Source: Eledone cirrhosa (Eukaryota). Taken from it: a stretch of 64,000 nt of DNA. The notes beneath the pieces were generated by a model. It searched no databases and had not been told where the DNA came from. It saw nothing but the letters and a program-made list of their open reading frames with translations. The stretch covers positions 261,764,001 to 261,828,000 of the forward strand of contig OZ024743.1 in the NCBI GenBank assembly GCA_964016885.1, given 5' to 3'. How positions within the stretch are numbered: the first letter of the stretch is position 1; every line of letters starts with the position of its first letter. Positions 1 to 14,158 of the stretch are shown here, one piece after another. The translations under genes and the position numbers were made by a program.

Positions 1-451
1 TAAGAAGTTAACTTTGCAATTATTAGGTTCTGGGTTCAATTCCACTGTATGGCATCTTATGAGTGACATTGGGTAGACTGAAACTGTTAGAAAGCCCATC
101 AGTTATCAGATGGACTGTACCTCTAATTCAAAGGTTCAACTTTGTCACATTTGCTGATTCTCCCTAAGAATTACGTTATTGTGGAATGTTCAGCTACTTA
201 GACATTAGTTTCATGAGCAGTCTTTCAGTGATTGAACAACTGGAATATTCATCATTGAAAGTGATAGACGTCCTTTTCATTCTATTCCAAGAATTGACAC
301 GTATTAAAAACGGCAGCCATCGGAATTCACCACAGAGTTAAATATATTAAGTTAATCTCTAAATATCTCATCCTTAATATATGATATAAGATTGTGTATG
401 TATGTGTAACTCCTGGTGGACTCGTAGGTAAAGACCCCCATGGGATTTGTA

Positions 452-745
452 CCTAGAAAGTCCTCGTCCGAGGTGCAAGTCAGGCAAGGTTTGTGGAAGA
501 CCAGCCATTGCCCATGCATACCAGTCTCCCCTCTCCATGCCACCAATGTTGTTCAAGGGAAAGCAATGGCCAATACAGCTTGGCACCAGTGATGTTGCAA
601 CTCATTTCTACAGCTGAGTGAACTGGAGCAACGTGACATAAAGTGTCTTGTTCAAGAACACAACACAAAGCCCAGTCCGAGAATTGAACTCACAACATCA
701 CAATTGTGAGCCTGGCGCTCTAACCACTAAGCCATGTGCTTTCAC
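452..745 (-). mobile_element. tRNA-derived SINE (CORE-like central domain)
   Basis: Minus strand reads gcacatggcttagtggttagagc (A box) ... gagttcaattc (B box), then tgtgttcttgaacaagacactttat. Related copies at ~3795-3930, 10590-10800, 14180-14327, 24475-24715, 37140-37390 and 42110-42425. Confidence 0.7.
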
Positions 746-3329
746 GGTGGAGTCATAGGGGTGCCGTAATGACATAGTTTCTTGGTTATTTTTAAAACCT
801 GACAGAGCCCATCCCCTTTCCAGATCTAAACCCAGCCGATTTCTTTCAGAGAAGGATAGAGAGTGAGAGAGAGGAAGTGAGAAAGAGATATAGAAGAATC
901 AACTCCAGTATTGGACTGGTACTTTTGTATCAACTGCGAAAGGATGAAAGCAAAGTTGACCTCAGTAGTATTTCAACTCAGAATGCAAAGAGTTGGAACA
1001 GCAAAGCGTTCTATCTGATGTTCTAACAACTCTGCCAATTTGTCGCCCAATATAAGATTACAAATGATATTAATTACTAAATAGATAAAGATAAATTAAT
1101 TGTTGTATTTGTTTACACATATGTCCTCTGTCAGGGTCTGTTGGCTGTAGTACCAAGTACAGTCATTTTTACCATCCTAGATATTGACCTCTTTTTACAA
1201 CATACACATACATACAGAAACACACGCACTAAAACATGCACACACACACTAAAACGTGCACACACACACACACACATGCATACAGAAGCATACACATACC
1301 CACAAACACACGCATACACATACACGCACAGATGTGTGGTTCCTTTAACCCTTTCATTACCAAATATTTAATGAAATACACTGCATTTAAAGTAATTCTT
1401 TCTCTTTCTTATTTCCTCTCTCTTCTCTTGAAGAAATCAGCTATGTTGAAACCTGGAGAGGAGATGTGCTCTGCCAAGTTTAAATGTCAAAGAAACACTG
1501 TATATAACTACAGCACCACAATGACTCCAACAGGAGTTATGGGTCCATACAGACATATTATAGAGATTGGAGCAAATGTTGTACTGGTTACTCTAAAGAC
1601 CTAGCTCTGGAGATTAATAATCAAGTCTAGAGAAAGACTCAATACAAGATGTATAATTAATATTCGGAAAGGGAAGTGGCATATCAAAACTATCATCTCC
1701 ATTACTAAATTGACCCTGTGTTTCAGAAGAGATCAGTAATCAGTAGGACCAGGCACCCATTTTTTACAAGCCATTCTTTAATGTGTGTTAAGTTCTAGTG
1801 GAATCAGTAGTAGAATTCTTAGAGCATAAGACAAAATGCTTTGTGGTATTTGTTCTGGCTCTTTATATTCTGAGTTCAAATCTTGCCAAGGTCAACTTTG
1901 CCTTTCATCCTTCCAGGGTCAATAAAATAAAGAACCAACAGAGACATAATTCTGACTATATTGAACCTGAATGATTCAGGTGGTTCTAAAATCATTTTTG
2001 TACCAGTTATTTGGTCTGAATGTTCTCTTTCGGAGTTTGTAGGGTGAGGTGTGGCTCATAACCCCAAAATTTATCTTTTTTTAGTAAAAGCTAGAAATAT
2101 ATTTTATATAAAATTTATTCATATTACACCAAAGGATATATCTCATAATTTTAAAAATTGTTTTTAGTTTAGTATACTGTGAACTTAGCTCTGTACTGCA
2201 CTGTACCTTACTAATCCTTTGAATTACTTGGAATTATGTCAGTTTTTATAATGGAACAAGTGTATAGTATAGATTAAGTAACCCACCTCCAATACATCAT
2301 GTTGTTGATGTAATTGTTATTAACTTCAGGTCAGTCCTGATCCAGTAGATCTATGATCAAAAGCATTCCAACCATGGCAATACTGTCTTTGTAAGAATAT
2401 CTAATGTTCTCTTCTAATATGTAAGACAGTAGGGTGCAATCTGATGGATATTTGGCTATTTCTAACAAGTTGATAAACCACACACAGGCTACTTCATATC
2501 TCATGTACATTATACAACTACCCAAGAGAGGAAAGGCAAAGTTAACTCTGGCTAGATTTGAACCTGTGAACTGAGGCTTAAGATAAAACATACAGCATCT
2601 GATACAGATCTCTGTAGAGTCTGCATCAATGTACATTATCTATGAAGTTATGTCTGTAAACTTGGCATCTGTCATTGCAGTATGATAGTTGAGGTACATT
2701 GTACATTGTCTGGTATGCCTCATACAGAATGATGGATCCTCCACCAGTTTTAATGATGATCAATTAGGTATTTGATTGACTGAAGTTTGACCCCTTGAAT
2801 AGGGGCTCATTCAATAAACACACATGTACCTTTAGCATGATTCTCAAGGTGATACAATGTGATAATGCTGGACGTGTTCCTTTGAATTACAGGTATGATC
2901 CATCTGATGGACTTTTGCACAGTTTCTGCCCACCCAATTTTGCTCATAAGCTAACTATGAAGGAGTGATGCTAGAGCTGTGAAATCTTGCATACATTAAT
3001 TTTATCTCTTGTTATTAACTGTATTGTTTATTTTCAGGTACTGTTGCAAAATAAACCTCATTTGGTTATTCCATGATAGTATCTTAGTCAGCATATGAAC
3101 TTTTCAGCCGACCCACATACACTGACAGTATGTTTCAAATAATTTTGAAAATAATCAAATATTTGAACGAATTTAATCAAATAATTAATTAGTAAGCTGT
3201 TATTTAGATAATGCCTTAAATAAAATTATGGTGGAAGGATTTAGTATAGATGTTTTTACCCAAGATTCATTACTAAAGGTCATGAATCTTGGGTAATGTC
3301 CGAAAGAATATAATTGTAAATACAAGTTG

Positions 3330-3723
3330 CTGAAATGGGATTCCTCCAAAGAGTCTTTAGAGTAATGTTATTTGATAAAGTGTGTAGCTTGGCGATAGGG
3401 AGTCACTCCAGGTAGAGCTGTTACATCTCTGATTTGAGAGAGCACAGCTCCAATAGTACGGATATATGGTTAAAATGTTTAAAGAAAGAATCGCGAGACA
3501 GATTTTACAGACAAAGCCAACTGGCAGGAGACCCAAGGGTAGACCTCGAGAAACATGGTTGGATAATATCCCTGAGCTCAGTTGGTCTCCCTTCGGAATC
3601 CAGCTGGATCAATTAGAGTTGGTTGGTTCTGACAGGACTTGCTGGAAAGCATGTCTGAGGACTATACCCCATGACTCTCTCAGGAATATCTGGGCAAAGA
3701 AGGAGGATTTAATATATGACTAA
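3330..3723 (+). mobile_element. Degenerate RTE-clade LINE 3' fragment
   Basis: Translation ERIARQILQTKPTGRRPKGRPRETWLD...SDRTCWK matches the RTE C-terminal GxRxxGRPxxxW...DRxxW motif. Frameshifted. Confidence 0.7.
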
Positions 3724-4296
3724 ACATTTTAAAATAAGCAGTTCTATATAAATGTAGGACAGTTTCAGGTGGTTTGGTACAGTTCTGAAGGCTCGTGGCT
3801 TAATGGCTAAAGAATTGGATTCACAATCTCCCAGTTGAGAGTTTGATTTCCAGACCAGGCAATGCATTATTTTCTTAAGCAAGACACTTTATTTCATATT
3901 GCTCTTTCTGCCAGGTAGATCAGTGGTAGATAGTATCAGTAATGGAAACATTGTTCCTTGGTCCAATTTGATGAGTTCCACCTCACTCAGAAAGTGAATG
4001 AGGTCTGGTATCTTGTTGGTCAATTTGATCATATTATAAATGTAGAATGTTTCAGGTTGTTTGGTATAAAAAGTGTTAATGTAGTTCCTGCTATACAAAA
4101 AGATGGGATGGCTTGGAATGATCCGGAATGAGTTAGGTCATAGGATTACTAAGTCAGTGCTGACTTGGGAGTGTAAACAACAATGAACCAATGAATACTT
4201 TAAGATTTGATTGGTGGAGAGTCACCTGAGCGATGGCCTGCCACCACATCACATACACTCACCTGCATAAATATGTACACTTACACACACATATAG

Positions 4297-5020
4297 GGAT
4301 ATACGCAGACTGGAGAGGAACGAAGCTTGCATGCTCACATGTAATAGTAATATACGTGAACGGCAAAGCATAAACGAATTAAGGGAGAAATTAGGAATAA
4401 GAGGGATCAGATGTTGTTTACTCGAGAGAAGACTACGTTGGTACGGTCACGTGATGCGCATGAAAGACGACAGCTGTATAAAAAAGTGCAGGGCGATAAA
4501 GATAGACGGTAGCCACGGAGTAGGCAGACCCAGAAAAACCTTGGATGACTTGATAAATTCCGACCTCACACACTTACACCTCTCCAAGACAATGTCACTG
4601 GACCGAGATCTTTGGCGCTACACAGTAATACAGAAGACCCGCCTTGCCTAAGTACAAAGCGAAACCTACAGTCTGTAGGCACCTCTTAACAAAAATACAC
4701 CCCCCCGTCCCACTACCCCCACCCCATCCCTTTCTATGTAAAGTTATGTTGGTACCACAACATCCAGTCCGAAACAAATGAGGTCGTGTAGGTGTCACAA
4801 CAAAAAAACGCACAGTCCACACTGTAATGTGGCCGTGTAGGCAACACGGAAAAACCTCCCAGTCCACACTGTAAACGTGGTTGGTGTTAGGAAAGGCATC
4901 CAGCCATAGAAAACCTGACAGACAGTCCTATACGAGCAAGACAACCAATCTTGCCTCAAGTGGGAAAATTCCCGTCCAAACCCATGCAAGCGTGGAAGAT
5001 GGACGTTAAACGATGATGAT
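4297..5020 (+). mobile_element. RTE LINE family B, 5'-truncated
   Basis: ORF 4331-4651 (RRLRWYGHVMRM...GRPRKT...DRDLWR) is nearly the same as the C-terminus of 30975-32891. Shared 3' UTR and (GAT)n tail. Confidence 0.92.
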
Positions 5021-5289
5021 AAGCACACATACATACACCCAAACACAGCCGATAAGCACAAACGTGGCGCGTAGTGCTCATTGAAGTCCTTACACCCTCT
5101 ATCCATACAACCTGAACTCATAACAGCCACCACCACCAATACCACCTTTTCTATGACCACCATCACTACTACTACTACTACTATCATCAGCACCACCACT
5201 ACACAGTAATTACAGACAGCTTAATAATAAAACAGTAACACAATAGGCCTTTGTTACTGCAATCACTGACTGACAACCAGTAGATATCT

Positions 5290-5460
5290 TGTAGTAATAG
5301 CTGTGGTGGTACTTGTAGTAATAGCTGTGGTGGTACTTGTAGTAATAGTTGTGGTGGTGGTAGTAGCAGTAGTGGTGGCAGTAGCAGTAGTGGTGGCAGT
5401 AGCAGTAGTGGTGGCAATGGTGGTGGTGGTGGTGGTAGTAGTAGTGATGATTAAGGTGAT
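5290..5460. repeat. Compound (GTA/GCA/GTG)n low-complexity repeat
   Basis: Direct reading. Similar tracts at 10100-10380, 11365-11580 and 45590-45890. Confidence 0.9.
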
Positions 5461-6066
5461 TGTTGTGGTCATGGTAAATGTGGTGTTAGTATGTATACAT
5501 GTATATATGCATGCATGTCCATATAGAAACACATGTATATATATGTGTGTATACACACATATACACATGTAGGTGTGTGTGTGAGTGTGTGTGTGTACTC
5601 ACATACATACACATAAAATGTGTGTGTTTGTGTATAGAAGCCCTATGTAAGGGAATAAAGAGACAATACTTCTTTGAATTCCTTACAACGGTGGAGATAT
5701 TTTGTTACTAGCATGGTAGACTTAATGTTACACAGATGGCATTGAGAAACTTATTTAAGATTCCCTTTGCACTTCCCCGTTCCTATATCACACACATGCA
5801 TACATACATGCACACACACACACGCAAGTATGTACACACAATGCGTTTAAACTCGAATGTTTTACATAAGTCCTTGGTTTAAACAAAGTTGAATTCATCA
5901 TCATCATCGCTTAATGTCTGTTTTCCCTGTTAGCAAGAATTGGATAATTCATCACAGACCAAGTCAGTAGTTCATCACAGCTACTGACCTCTCTTTCATA
6001 CAATTCAACAGCCCTGCTTTCATTCACTCTTATAGAGGATTTTCAGAAACTGAAGGAATATATATA

Positions 6067-6760
6067 TCATCATCATCATCATCATCTTCGTTTAACGTCC
6101 TTCTTCCATGCTAGCATGAGTTAGACGGGAGTTGTCCCACTTGAGGCAAGGGTGACAGTGTCTCGCTCATATAGGACTATCTGGCAGGTTTTCTATGGCT
6201 GGATGCCCTTCCTAACACCAACCACATTTACAGTGTGGAACTGGGAACTTTTTACCATGTTACCTACATGGCCACATTACAGTATGGACTGTGTGTTTTT
6301 TTGTTGTGACACCTACACGATCTCGATCTCATTATCTCATTTATTTGGACTGGATGTTGTGGTACCAACTTCATAGAGAGAGGTTGGTGGGAGTGGGAGG
6401 ATAGGGTAGGGGTAGTGGATTGGGGTGTATATTTGGTTAAGAGGTGCCTACTGACTGTAGGTTTCGCTTTGTACATAGGCAAGGCAGGTCTTCTGTATTA
6501 CTGTGTAACGCCAAAGATCTCAGTCCAGTTACATTGTCTTAGAGAGGTGCGAGTGTGTAAGGTCGGAATTTATCAGATTGTCCCAGGTTTTTCTGGGTCT
6601 ACTTACTCTGTAACTACTATCAATTTTGATCACCCTGCACTTTTTTATACAGCTGTCGTCTTTCATGCGCATCACGTGGCCATACCAACGTAGTCTTCTC
6701 TCAAGTAAACAGCATCTGATCCCTCTTATTCCTAATTTCTCACTTAGTTCATTTATGCTT

Positions 6761-6762
<2 letters not shown>
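6067..6762 (-). mobile_element. RTE LINE family B, 5'-truncated
   Basis: Minus-strand QSINELSEKLGIRGIRCCLLERRLRWYGH..., (CAT)n tail at left, 5' end abuts (TA)n. Confidence 0.92.
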
Positions 6763-6793
<31 letters not shown>

Positions 6794-7294
6794 TCTTTTT
6801 GAGACAGATTTAATAATTTCATAATATTACAGACTAATATAAATGTGACTACCATATTGAAAATATTCTGCTAACTTCAGAGAGACTGAATGGATAAATA
6901 AAATATTATCCTTGGAAAAAGCTTTACCTTTGCAAAGGGTATTATTTTAAGGAAATTTTTCAAGTGCATAAATCTTTGAGGCATGAGCTATGACCCATTG
7001 TTTGATATTCTCTGAGTATGAAAAGCATTTGTAGTGTAATGGTTGTTTTAAACATTTTATGAGTGTTTTAGGTCTTTTAACCATCATTTACCTTATAAGT
7101 ACATGCAGTATCTGATACAAAATATAAACTTTCTGCACAAAATTAGATATAGAACTACACAAGCAGGAATCAACTGCATATGAAAATAATCACTGTAATT
7201 GAAGGTTCTGTTTTGATGACTTAAATCACCCTAAGGGGTGTCTTCCCTCTTTCGAGCGATCCCATTTTTGTTTCCTATTTTGTTATTTCTGTAT

Positions 7295-7490
7295 CAGTAG
7301 AGCGCTGGACACCATGCTTCACGGTATAGTTATGGCCCTTTACGTTCTGAGTTCAAATCCTGCCAAGGTTAGCTTTGCCTTTCATTCTTACAGGGTCGAT
7401 AAAATAAAGTACCAGTCACCGGTTGATTTAATTGACTTTCCCCTCCCCCAAAATTGCTGGCCTTGTGTCTAAATCAGAAACCATTATTTG
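7295..7490 (+). mobile_element. Second tRNA-derived SINE family (central domain resembling the MetaSINE domain, from memory)
   Basis: gagttcaaatcc B box, then actttgcctttcatccttacggggtcgataaaataaagtaccag and tail aattgctggccttgtgcc. Many copies: ~900-1050(-), 1800-1935, 7690-8270, 21775-21980(-), 41900-42040(-), 45384-45562, 47850-48010. Confidence 0.7.
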
Positions 7491-8521
7491 TTATTTATTA
7501 ATATGTCATTGTTTATCACTGAATCCACTCTCTTACTTAATGAAAATCTGTCACAGTTCCTTGTTCTCTCTCCTCTTTGTGGCCAGTAAAAGAAATCTGT
7601 ATTATTGTCACTATCATCATGCTATAGTGGATTGGCAAAAATTGTTAGGCTTCAGAATATAAAGAGAAAGAACATATAATACAAAGCATTTTTCTGTGTT
7701 CAAATCTTGTCATGGTCAGCAGTGATTTTCATCTTTCTGGGGTCCATAAAGTAATACACCATTCAAATACTGGGATTGATATAATCAACTTTCCCTTCCC
7801 TCAGAATTGCTGGCTTTGTGCCTAAATTAGAAACCATTCATTTTTCTTTTCCTTCTTCTTCATTGTTGTACTCCTTCTCCTCCTTAAGGGTGTTGGATTA
7901 GTTGGATTGTTGGATGATAAAATACTTCTGGGTATTTTTTTTGGCTCTTTATGTTCTGTCTTTGAATCCCACTGCTCAACCTTTTCTTTTATTCTTTTGA
8001 GTTCAATAAAATAAAGTACCAGTCCAGTACTGAGTTCAATGAAATAAATTTCCCCCAGGCACTAAAAAAAAAAAAAAAAAAATTCCTGGCCTTATTCCTA
8101 AATTAGAAATCATTATTGTTAGTGTAGTGTTTTGGTAGAATCATTAGAGCAGCAGTAAAATACCTTGTGGTATTTGTTCTGGTTCTTTACAGCCTGTATT
8201 CAAATTGTCATGATCAACTTTTGCTTTTCATTCTTCAGGGATCAATAGAATAAAGTACCAGTTGAGTACTGCACTTAATCATACTAAAATGGTCCCAGTA
8301 CAGGCCTTAAACTAGTTGGCAGTATGAAAGGAATCCAGCTGTAGAAACCAAGCTAAAACTGGAATGCATGTGCAAGACATGGTCACTTGACTAATCTAGT
8401 TTCAGTATGTGACAACCCATCTCACCCATGCAAACATAGAAAATAGGCATTACATGGATTTATGATACACAATTGCTCATTTTAAAATGTTTTGTCATAA
8501 TTTTATTTTAGGAATTTTTGT

Positions 8522-8937
8522 TTGTGGGTGTAGGTAATAGGGGAGGGATGGTTACCGCATACACCTCCCTTTGTGGTAACCATCCCTCCCCTATTACCTA
8601 TGTCCGCAATTTCCCCAAGCTTCCTCTCCCCTCCCTAGTTCCAAGACAAAAGTGCCCAGTCCCCACTGTAAAGTGGTCATGTTGGTGACACGACAAAAAG
8701 TTCCCAGTTCACACTGTAATGTGGTCATGTAGGTGACATGTCAAAAACCACCCAGCACACACTGTGAATGTGGTTGGCGTTAGGAAGGGCATCCAGCCAT
8801 AGAAAACCAGCCAGAAACAGTCCTATATGAGCGAGACACGATCACCCGACCCAACTTGCCTCTAAATTGGGACAAACCAGTCTAACCAATGCTAGCGTGG
8901 AAGATAGACATTAAACGATGATGATGAGGATGATGAT
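8522..8937 (+). mobile_element. RTE 3' UTR fragment with 5' fold-back
   Basis: Contains gtggttggcgttaggaagggcatccagc and a (GAT)n tail. 8522-8559 is an inverted copy of 8572-8609. Confidence 0.75.
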
Positions 8938-9025
8938 TTAAACATCAGCTTGCTAATGAAAAGATTTAGTTATTTCATTAAATCCCTCCAAATGTTTGGT
9001 TATTTTCAAAATCAATTGAAACATA

Positions 9026-9365
9026 CTCTCAGGTCCCAAATGATAGGTGGTGGGAATAAGGGTGGGTGGAAAATTAATAATTTTTCTAGGTTGCCTCCCT
9101 TGTTTGTTTTTAAATCAGAATTAGTCGTTTAGTTTAGTTTAGATATTGAGACCCCATCCCATCTTATTTATTTTATAAAGTATGAGATTTCTTGTGTTCT
9201 TTTTTTGTCATATATAATGTTTTTTAATGTCTAAAGAAAATTTTCACAGAAATATTACCATTTGAACCAGAGATAGATAAGTAAAACTTTATAAGCGTTG
9301 GGGTTGGAAAAAAATCTGAAAAATTAATAAGTGTGGGGTGGGTGGTGGTATTTGAGACCTGAGAG
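9026..9365. mobile_element. MITE with ~16-bp TIRs (Tc1/mariner-type, TA at left)
   Basis: ctctcaggtcccaaat ... atttgagacctgagag. It interrupts another repeat. Confidence 0.6.
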
Positions 9366-12300
9366 TTGGCAGTATATTTTATTAGAAATATAGTAATAGT
9401 AGCATTAATACTATTTTCTGTTGTTTATTTAAGTCCCAGGGCTTTAGTTTTAAGTTGATTACCAAAACAGTTGAGTGGCACAGCTAATGAAGTGTTGCAC
9501 TAAAAGCTTTGCGTAATGACAGAAGGTGTGTGTGTGTTTGTGTATATGGGTAGCTGGTATTTATATGTATGTGTGTATGTTGTTATTTAACCTCCAGGTC
9601 AACCTAGATCAAGCAAATCTATGATTAAAGGTTGAGTAGCTACATCATACCCATTTTGTCTATTTTTCAGGCTCGTGTATCCAATGTGTTCTACCTTAAG
9701 ATGAGGAAGATTTGGTTGCTATTTCTAGCAGGTCGAATGACTGCATGGATTGTATAGTGTCTGCTGTTTATGTCTAAATCTGAGTGTGTGTGTGTCTCCA
9801 GAGCATAAATATTTGTATATGAGAATATGTTTGCTCATGTTTGTATTTGCTCCTGTTGTGTGTGTTTTTGTATATTTCATGCATGCAGGTATGTATGTAT
9901 TGTTTATGTTGTGTGTTCGTGGAGAGAGAGAGCATAGGTCTGTTTACCCCCTCCACCCCCATTCACTATCAGTTTGTAGTACCATCACCTCCACCCTTCC
10001 CTCAAACTACCACCCACAGATCAGTCTATATTCCATGCTGTGTTCTACTGTTTATACAATTGGCTTCAAGGGACCCCCCCCCACTTACAGCTTATTTCAG
10101 AATGGTGGTGGTGCTCTAGTGTAGTGGGGGTGGCAGTAGGGGTAGATGTAGTGGTGGTAGATGAGATGCTAGAGGCGGTGGTGAGCTGGGGGTAGGTTAG
10201 TAGAGTTGGTGGTAGAGGTGATATTGGTGATGATGTCCAGCAGATGGGAGTAGAGTGGTGCCCACCCATGGTGGTAGGAGTGTTAGTAGAGTGGTGAGAT
10301 GTAGTGGTAGTAGTAGAAGAGGTAACCGTGGTATTAATAGTAATAGTAGTGGTAACAGTAGTATAATAGCAGTAGTAGTTGAATAACATTCTGTCCTTTC
10401 TTGAGGTTACATACTATTACTCCATATGTACACACATACCCCCCCCCCCCTGTTCACCAAGTCTCTGTCTGTGTGTCTGTCTATCTCTCTCTCTTCACCT
10501 CCACTTTCACTTCTACATGATACATAATCTGTTGATCTGATGCAGGCACCATGTGTTTTGCTGTGGACAAAGTCAAAGAATTGTGATAGTGTGTGGTTTA
10601 GTGGTTAGGGTGTTCAAGTTACAATTGTAAGGTTGTGAGTTGGATTTCTGGTGGCACATTATACCCTTGAGCAAGACACTTTATCTCTCAGCTGGTAAAA
10701 AATGAGTTGTACCTATAATTCAAATGGCTAGCTTTGTCACATCCTGTGTTATGCTTAATCATATTTAGAATTACCTTAAGTCTACACGTGTCTGTGTGAA
10801 GGTGTGTGGCTTGGCGTGGTAGTTAGGTTATTTGGTTCTTGATTATAAGGTCGTGAGTTTGATTCCTGATGGTGTTCCAGTCCATTCAGCTGGCAAAAAT
10901 GTGCTGTACCTGTAATTTGAAGGGCCATCCATGGCACATTCCATGTCACATTGAATCTCCCTGAGAACTATGTTAAGGGTATGCATGTCCGTGGAATGCG
11001 CAGCCACTTGGACGTTAATCTCACAAACAGGCTGTTCCATTGATCAAATCAACTGGAACACTCAGCGTCAGAACTGACAGATGTTGAGCACAAGTTATAG
11101 AGTTAAGATGTGACAGCAAGGTCTGAGTGTAATCCCTGCTGTTACAAGCATATGTTTATGCGACATATATTTGTGCCACACCTTTTTCTGTATCTATCAA
11201 GAGAGGTTCGTTGTTTGATCCAGTATAATTAAGTCAAATGTAACTCAATTGCAATTTACTATCTTAAAAACAAAAGCTATTGAATAGTGTAGTCCCAGAT
11301 ATGCTGTCTTGCCTGAAAATATGACAGGATGGTCACAGACGGAAGACCTTTAATCAAGATCTGCAGCAGTGGTGATAGTAGTAGTAGAAGTGGTGGTGGT
11401 GGTGGTAGTAGTAATAGTAGTAGTAGCAGTGGTGGTGGTGGTGGCAGTAGTAGAAGCAGCAGTGGTGGTGATGGTGGTAATAGTAGTAAAAGCACTGGTG
11501 GTGGTGGTAGTAGTAGTAGAAGCAGTGGTGGTGGTAGTAGTAGCAGCAGCAGTGGTGGTGTAGTAGTAGTGGTAGTTGTAGTCCCAGATAGGATGGCCAA
11601 GGGTCAAATGTTTTTGACCATATGTCTACTGGATGAAGGTTGACTCCAGCAATAGAAGCAAAATAGCAAAATAAGTTGGTATGGATTTGGACTACAGGTT
11701 CATAGGTCTTGATCACCTGCTTATCATTTCATTGTATTAGGATAATAGATACTCTTAATTCTATATACCTCAGTTCATGAACCAACAAAGGAGACCCTGG
11801 CTGATTACCTGACCTGCTTCAAACAGCAGCCAAATCTCCCTCAAATCACATCATACCATCTTAATTGTTGTGTGTCAATGTATGAAGGATGAATGAAGAA
11901 GAACCTGTAACAGCGAATTGTGATGTGGATTGTGTGGGCTTTTGGGGGAATTTTAACAGGTTTTCTTTAACATTGGAATATTTTTCACTATCTTTGGAGA
12001 AGGAAAAAGTAATTATATTTATTTAATTTCTATTAAATGCCAACTGAATTCTGATGACATTAAGTTTTTTTTTGTGTGTTTCAATTAATTTTGGAAATAA
12101 TTAAAAACTGTCAAATTCACTTCATATTTATCATTTATTTTCTGGTGTTGAACATTTTTGTTGCAGTGTTTGTGACCTGGTCACTGACACTGTTAGTGAA
12201 ACTATGTTAGTGACAAAGTCACAAACAGCGCAACAAATATTTTGACACCAGAATATAAAGTAAATTTGATAGTTTTTGGATGTGTGTGGGTGTGTGGGGG

Positions 12301-12607
12301 TTTTTTTTTGTTTTTTTTTTGTTTTTTTTTGTTTTTTTAAAATCAGAATGGCTAAAAGGGTTTTTCTGTAATGTAATTGTTTTATGTTCAACATACAGTC
12401 TGAAATCAAATCACTTACCAAACAAGTGCAACTCCTAAATATTCATAAAATTTAGTAACTCCTTAATTTATTGAGTGTTGTTGTGGAAGACCAGCAATCA
12501 CCAATCATACCAGTCTCTCCTCTTTATGCCACCAATGTAGTCCTAGGCTAAGGCTGATACAGCTTGGCACCAGTGACATCACAACTTATTTCTACACTAT
12601 ACATACA

Positions 12608-14158
12608 CATCATTATCATCATCATCACCGTTTTACGTCCGTTCTTCCACGCTAGCATGGGTTAAACGGGTTGTCCTGTTGTGGGCAGTGTCTGGTCGGC
12701 TGACCATGCTTTGCTCATACAGGAACTGATCTGGCTTGATTTCTACAGCTGGATGCCCTTCCTAACACCAACCTCATTTACAGTGAGTGCTGGGTGCTTT
12801 TTCGTGGCGCCTACACGTCCACTTTACAGTGTGGGCTGGGTGCTTTTTTGCCTCCACGACCACCTTGCGGTGTGGGGGCATATTGTCTATATGCTTCAGC
12901 TTGTACCCATGGGAGGTCGGGTACTCTGTATTACTGCGTGACGCCAGAAGTCACGGTCGTGTGTCATTGCCTTTGAGAGGTGTAATTGGGTAAGGTCGGC
13001 TTTTATCACCTCATCCCAGGTCATCTTGGGTCTCCCCACTCCGCGGTTTCCATCAACTTCTAGTGCTCTGCACCTTTTTATGCAGCTGTCATCCTTCATA
13101 CGCATCACATGTCCATACCAGCGCAACCGCCTCTCCTGCACACAGCATTTGATTCCTCTTATGCTCAGTCTCTCTCTCAATTCATTTATGCTTTGTCGTT
13201 CACGTATATTACTGTTACACATCCATCGGAGCATGCAGGCTTCGTTTCTCTCTAATCTACGTAAGTCTTCCACCTTCAACGCCCAGGTCTCACTACCATG
13301 CAACATTGCTGTTCGGATACACGCATCATACAGTCTGCCTTTCATTCTGAGGGAGAAGCCTTTTGCAGTTAGCAGTGGTAGTAGTTCCCTAAACTTCTTC
13401 CATCCCGTTCTTACCCTAGTTATTGTACTTTCTGAACACCCACCTCCGCTGCTAATTCGGTCACCTAGGTAACAGAAGCTGTCTACTGTTTCTACAGAGC
13501 CCTCCCAGAGATTGGTGGTACTTGTTTCCTGTGGCTGTTTGCTGCTTGCTGTCTCAGCACAGCTGCTGCATGTGAAGCCTACATTCTTAATTAAGCTTCC
13601 TGAGATCCCGCTACATCTCTTGTGTACCCATTGTTTGCATTTGGGGCAGAGAATGGAGTTCCTACCTACACCTTTCCTACATACTGAGCAAGGCCATTTC
13701 CCTGAGGGGATCTGGGTTCTGTTTTCTCGTCTACTTACAAGGACCTTAGTCTTTGTCATGTTGACTTTGAGACCCTTTCTTTCTAGTCCCTGCTTCCAAG
13801 TTTGGACTTTATTCTCTAGTTCTACCATAGATTCAGCTATGAGTGCGAGGTCATCAGCATACAGGAGTTCCCATGGGCATCCGGTCTTAAACTCCTCCGT
13901 TATTGCCTGCAGGACTATGATGAACAGGAGGGGGCTAAGAACAGAGCCCTGGTGGACCCCAACCTGTACGCTAAATTCCTCGCTATACTCATTGCTAATC
14001 CTAACTTTGCTGACTGCTCCCCTATACATGGCTTGTACCGCTTTCACAAGCCATTCATCTACTCCTAGTTTTCTAAGAGCCCACCAGATTACAGCACGTG
14101 GAACTCTGTCAAAGGCTTTCTCAAGGTCGACAAATGCCAAGTAGAGTGGCTTACTTTT
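12608..14158 (-). mobile_element. RTE LINE family A, 5'-truncated
   Basis: Contains RT ORF 12896-14185, 3' UTR and (CAT)n tail. Near-identical to 16634-20473 and 54213-57495. Confidence 0.95.
12896..14158 (-). pseudogene. RTE reverse transcriptase, C-terminal part (open, N-truncated)
   Basis: Motifs FVDLEKAFDRV, GVHQGSVLSP, LLYADD, YLG. The ORF-track start at 14185 lies in flanking DNA. Confidence 0.93.

Noticed and set aside
660-745. tRNA gene
   Set aside because: The A/B boxes belong to SINE heads and run into a SINE body; there is no complete cloverleaf.
13026-14144. Antisense ORFs over RTE copies (also 19596-20042, 54651-55760)
   Set aside because: Shadow frames of the RT ORF, repeated only because the copies are near-identical.
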